In this document: piece by piece, positions 61,974 to 64,000 of the stretch
How positions within the stretch are numbered: position 1 is the stretch's first letter
Layout of the letters: each line of letters begins with the position of its first letter
Source of the DNA: Longimicrobiales bacterium
GTDB lineage: Bacteria; Gemmatimonadota; Gemmatimonadetes; Longimicrobiales; Gaopeijiaceae
Direction of reading: 5' to 3'
Assembly (NCBI GenBank): GCA_041690395.1
Contig: JAWLHJ010000003.1
Span: 96,001-160,000 of the forward strand
Length of the DNA stretch: 64,000 bases
Translations under genes and position numbers: made by a program
The notes under the pieces: model-generated
Seen by the model: only the letters and a program-made list of their open reading frames with translations
Databases searched by the model: none
Told to the model about the DNA's origin: nothing

Positions 61974-62841
61974 GCGACTCCGGGTGGCCGTCCAAGGGGA
62001 GGCAGGGTGCTTCAGCCACGCAGCCGCGCTCCACCACTTCGGCACACTCGACCTCGTGACTTGCCGAAGCTTCGGAGACCAATTTGCCGCGCTACTGGAC
62101 GGGCGGGCGGACCGCGCCTGCGTGCCGGTGGAGAACGCTCTGGCGGGTGCCGTGATGGAGACGCAGGAGCTCCTTGTACGACATCCCGTGGTCGCCATCG
62201 CGGAGACCTACGTGCGGGTGGAGATGTGCCTCACGGTCCGACCGGGGACCCGCCTCGAAGAGCTGACCGCCGTCGGCTCCCATCCGGTGGCCCTTCGCCA
62301 GTGCCGCAGGTTCCTCGAATCGACGCCGCTGCTGGAAGAGGTGGTCGCCCACGACACCGCCGGCAGCATCCGAGACCTCATACACGATCCTGCGGTGCGG
62401 TGGAATGGCGCCATCGGCCCGGCCCTCGCGGCGGAGTTGTACGGCGCCGAAGTCCTCATCCGCGGTGTCGAGGATCATCCCCGCAACTTTACGCGCTTTC
62501 TTGTCGTAACGCGGCAGGGGGACCGGCGCACGAAACTCGGCGAGGGCAGCCGAGAGATGACACCGGCCTCGGGTGGACGCGCCTTGAAGGCTTCCTTTGC
62601 GATGACCCTTCCGCACCGGCCGGGCGCCCTGCACAGTGCGCTCGGAGCGCTCGCTGCGCAGGAGCTCGACCTGACCCGACTGGAGTCGAGGCCGATCCCG
62701 GGGCGTCCGTGGCAGTACCGGTTCTTCGCAGATGTCCGTGGGGCAGAGGGAGACCGGTGGCGTCGTGCTCTGGAGATCCTCCGATCGATGGCCTCGGAGC
62801 TCCACCTGATCGGCCGTTACCCCGAGGCCCCTCCTCCGTGA
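61966..62841 (+). CDS. pheA: Prephenate dehydratase with ACT domain
   Basis: QGEAGCFS, VPVEN, SHPVALRQC, NFTRF, PGAL, LTRLESRP, YRFFAD. Confidence 0.92.
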   Translation: MGERLRVAVQGEAGCFSHAAALHHFGTLDLVTCRSFGDQFAALLDGRADRACVPVENALAGAVMETQELLVRHPVVAIAETYVRVEMCLTVRPGTRLEELTAVGSHPVALRQCRRFLESTPLLEEVVAHDTAGSIRDLIHDPAVRWNGAIGPALAAELYGAEVLIRGVEDHPRNFTRFLVVTRQGDRRTKLGEGSREMTPASGGRALKASFAMTLPHRPGALHSALGALAAQELDLTRLESRPIPGRPWQYRFFADVRGAEGDRWRRALEILRSMASELHLIGRYPEAPPP

Positions 62842-62854
62842 GGACCTGGCATGC

Positions 62855-62895
62855 GCTTGGGAGGCAGTCGCTCCATCCACCTGAGCTACGAGGGC
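62855..62895 (-). repeat. Decayed 5' half of tRNA-Arg(CCT) (att-like repeat)
   Basis: 39/41 identity to 56995-57035; changes at 62859 (anticodon CCT to CCC) and 62874 (A21 to G). Confidence 0.92.
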
Positions 62896-63047
62896 GATGA
62901 CCCCAACTACTCGACACGAGCCGTCGGGACGCACATCGTGTCTCTCTCCCGACGTCGACCTCGTCGCGCCTTTCCGCTCAACCCACGAGCCATGAACCCC
63001 CTGTTCCGATTCCACCTCCCCGCGCGGGTCGAGCCCGCGACGGTGCA

Positions 63048-64000
63048 TTGAGCGACGTCCGGTACGCCGATGGACGGCCGCAGGCGGCGGACGTCCGCCC
63101 CACCATCATCCGGCTCCTCTCCGGGCTGGCCAGCGCCCGGGAGATCCAGCTGTACCTCAAGCGGTTCAGCCAGCTCGACGCCGACCGCTTCGCGGTGGTC
63201 AAGGTCGGGGGCGCCATCCTGCGCGACGACCTGGACGCGCTCGTCTCGTCGCTGGCCTTCCTCCAGCAGGTCGGGCTGACCCCCATCGTCATCCACGGTG
63301 CGGGTCCTCAGCTCGACGAGGACATGGCGGCGGCGGGTATCGAGAAGCGGGTCGTCGACGGCCTGCGATACACGTCGCCGGAAGGGCTGGCCGTGGTCCG
63401 GCGGGTGTTCATGCGGGAGAACCTCCGCCTGGTCGAGGCCCTCCAGGCGGCCGGCGTGCGGGCCACGTCGATCCACGCCGGGGTCTTCGAGGCGGAGGAG
63501 CTGGACCGGGAGAAGTTCGGGCTCGTCGGAAAGGTGGTGACCGTGCATACGGAGGGACTCGAGGCGGCCATACAGGCGAACTCGATCCCGGTCATCGTTT
63601 CGCTCGGTGAGACGGCGGGCGGGCAGATCCTGAACGTGAACGCCGATTGGTCCGCCAACGAGCTCGTGAAGCGGATCCGGCCGTACAAGATCATCTTCCT
63701 CACCAGCACCGGGGGCATCCTCGACGAGCGCGGCCGGCTCATCGAGTCGGTCAGCCTCTCGAGCCAGTACGAGCACCTCATGGCGCAGCCGTGGCTCCAT
63801 TCGGGCATGCGGGTCAAGCTCGAGCAGATCCACGACCTGCTGATGGACCTCCCTCCCTCCACGTCGCTGTCCATCACGACGCCGGACGAGATGGCCAAGG
63901 AGCTGTTCACCCACCGGGGCTCCGGCACCCTGGTGCGCCGTGGCGAGGCCATCCACGTCCACGACTCCTGGGACGACGTGGACACGGGGCGGCTGCGGAC
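63048..64000 (+). CDS. argB: Acetylglutamate kinase, bifunctional NAGS/K (Xanthomonas/fungal-like) type; 3' end outside window
   Basis: Manual translation from TTG 63048: [69 protein letters not shown]; absent from the ORF track because it has no stop in the window. Confidence 0.9.
   Translation, partial: MSDVRYADGRPQAADVRPTIIRLLSGLASAREIQLYLKRFSQLDADRFAVVKVGGAILRDDLDALVSSLAFLQQVGLTPIVIHGAGPQLDEDMAAAGIEKRVVDGLRYTSPEGLAVVRRVFMRENLRLVEALQAAGVRATSIHAGVFEAEELDREKFGLVGKVVTVHTEGLEAAIQANSIPVIVSLGETAGGQILNVNADWSANELVKRIRPYKIIFLTSTGGILDERGRLIESVSLSSQYEHLMAQPWLHSGMRVKLEQIHDLLMDLPPSTSLSITTPDEMAKELFTHRGSGTLVRRGEAIHVHDSWDDVDTGRLR

Noticed and set aside
62820..62895. Second tRNA copy as a functional tRNA with CCC anticodon
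   Set aside because: The anticodon stem is broken after 2 bp and there is no TTCGA T arm; the downstream sequence overlaps the end of pheA. The short GGACCT match may be chance.

Overview
High-GC bacterial chromosomal window. Gene content and order suggest a diderm, possibly Gemmatimonadota-like organism (inference only). Positions 1-50.6 kb are almost all + strand housekeeping genes: nuoD-N, pmm/pgm, UPF0182, sucCD, CBS-ndk, yceD-rpmF-plsX-fabHDG-acpP-fabF, ispF, dedA, xerD, an S41 protease (minus strand), nadE, trpG/pabA, kdsB-pyrG-kdsACD-lptC-lptA-like-lptB-rpoN, an envelope glycosylation cassette, CYTH and rlpA. This run ends at a clear 28-bp XerCD dif-like site (50762-50789), so the window probably spans the replication terminus. 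The most unusual part is a 5.86-kb element with no visible integrase, lying between an intact tRNA-Arg(CCT) (56962-57035, minus) and a decayed copy of that tRNA's 5' half (62855-62895). It carries an ECF sigma factor with no adjacent anti-sigma. A TGTAAC-N16/17-AGAC motif, a candidate promoter for that sigma, precedes three neighbouring units: a Gre-like factor plus D-amino-acid dehydrogenase, a YceI-like gene, and an ADC-fold gene lacking the catalytic Lys. The element also carries a chorismate mutase-prephenate dehydratase pair behind a leader-peptide/terminator structure. The window ends inside a Xanthomonas-type argB (NAGS/K) that the ORF track missed, preceded by an Arg-rich uORF. Product calls come from motif recognition by eye; no database searches were run.
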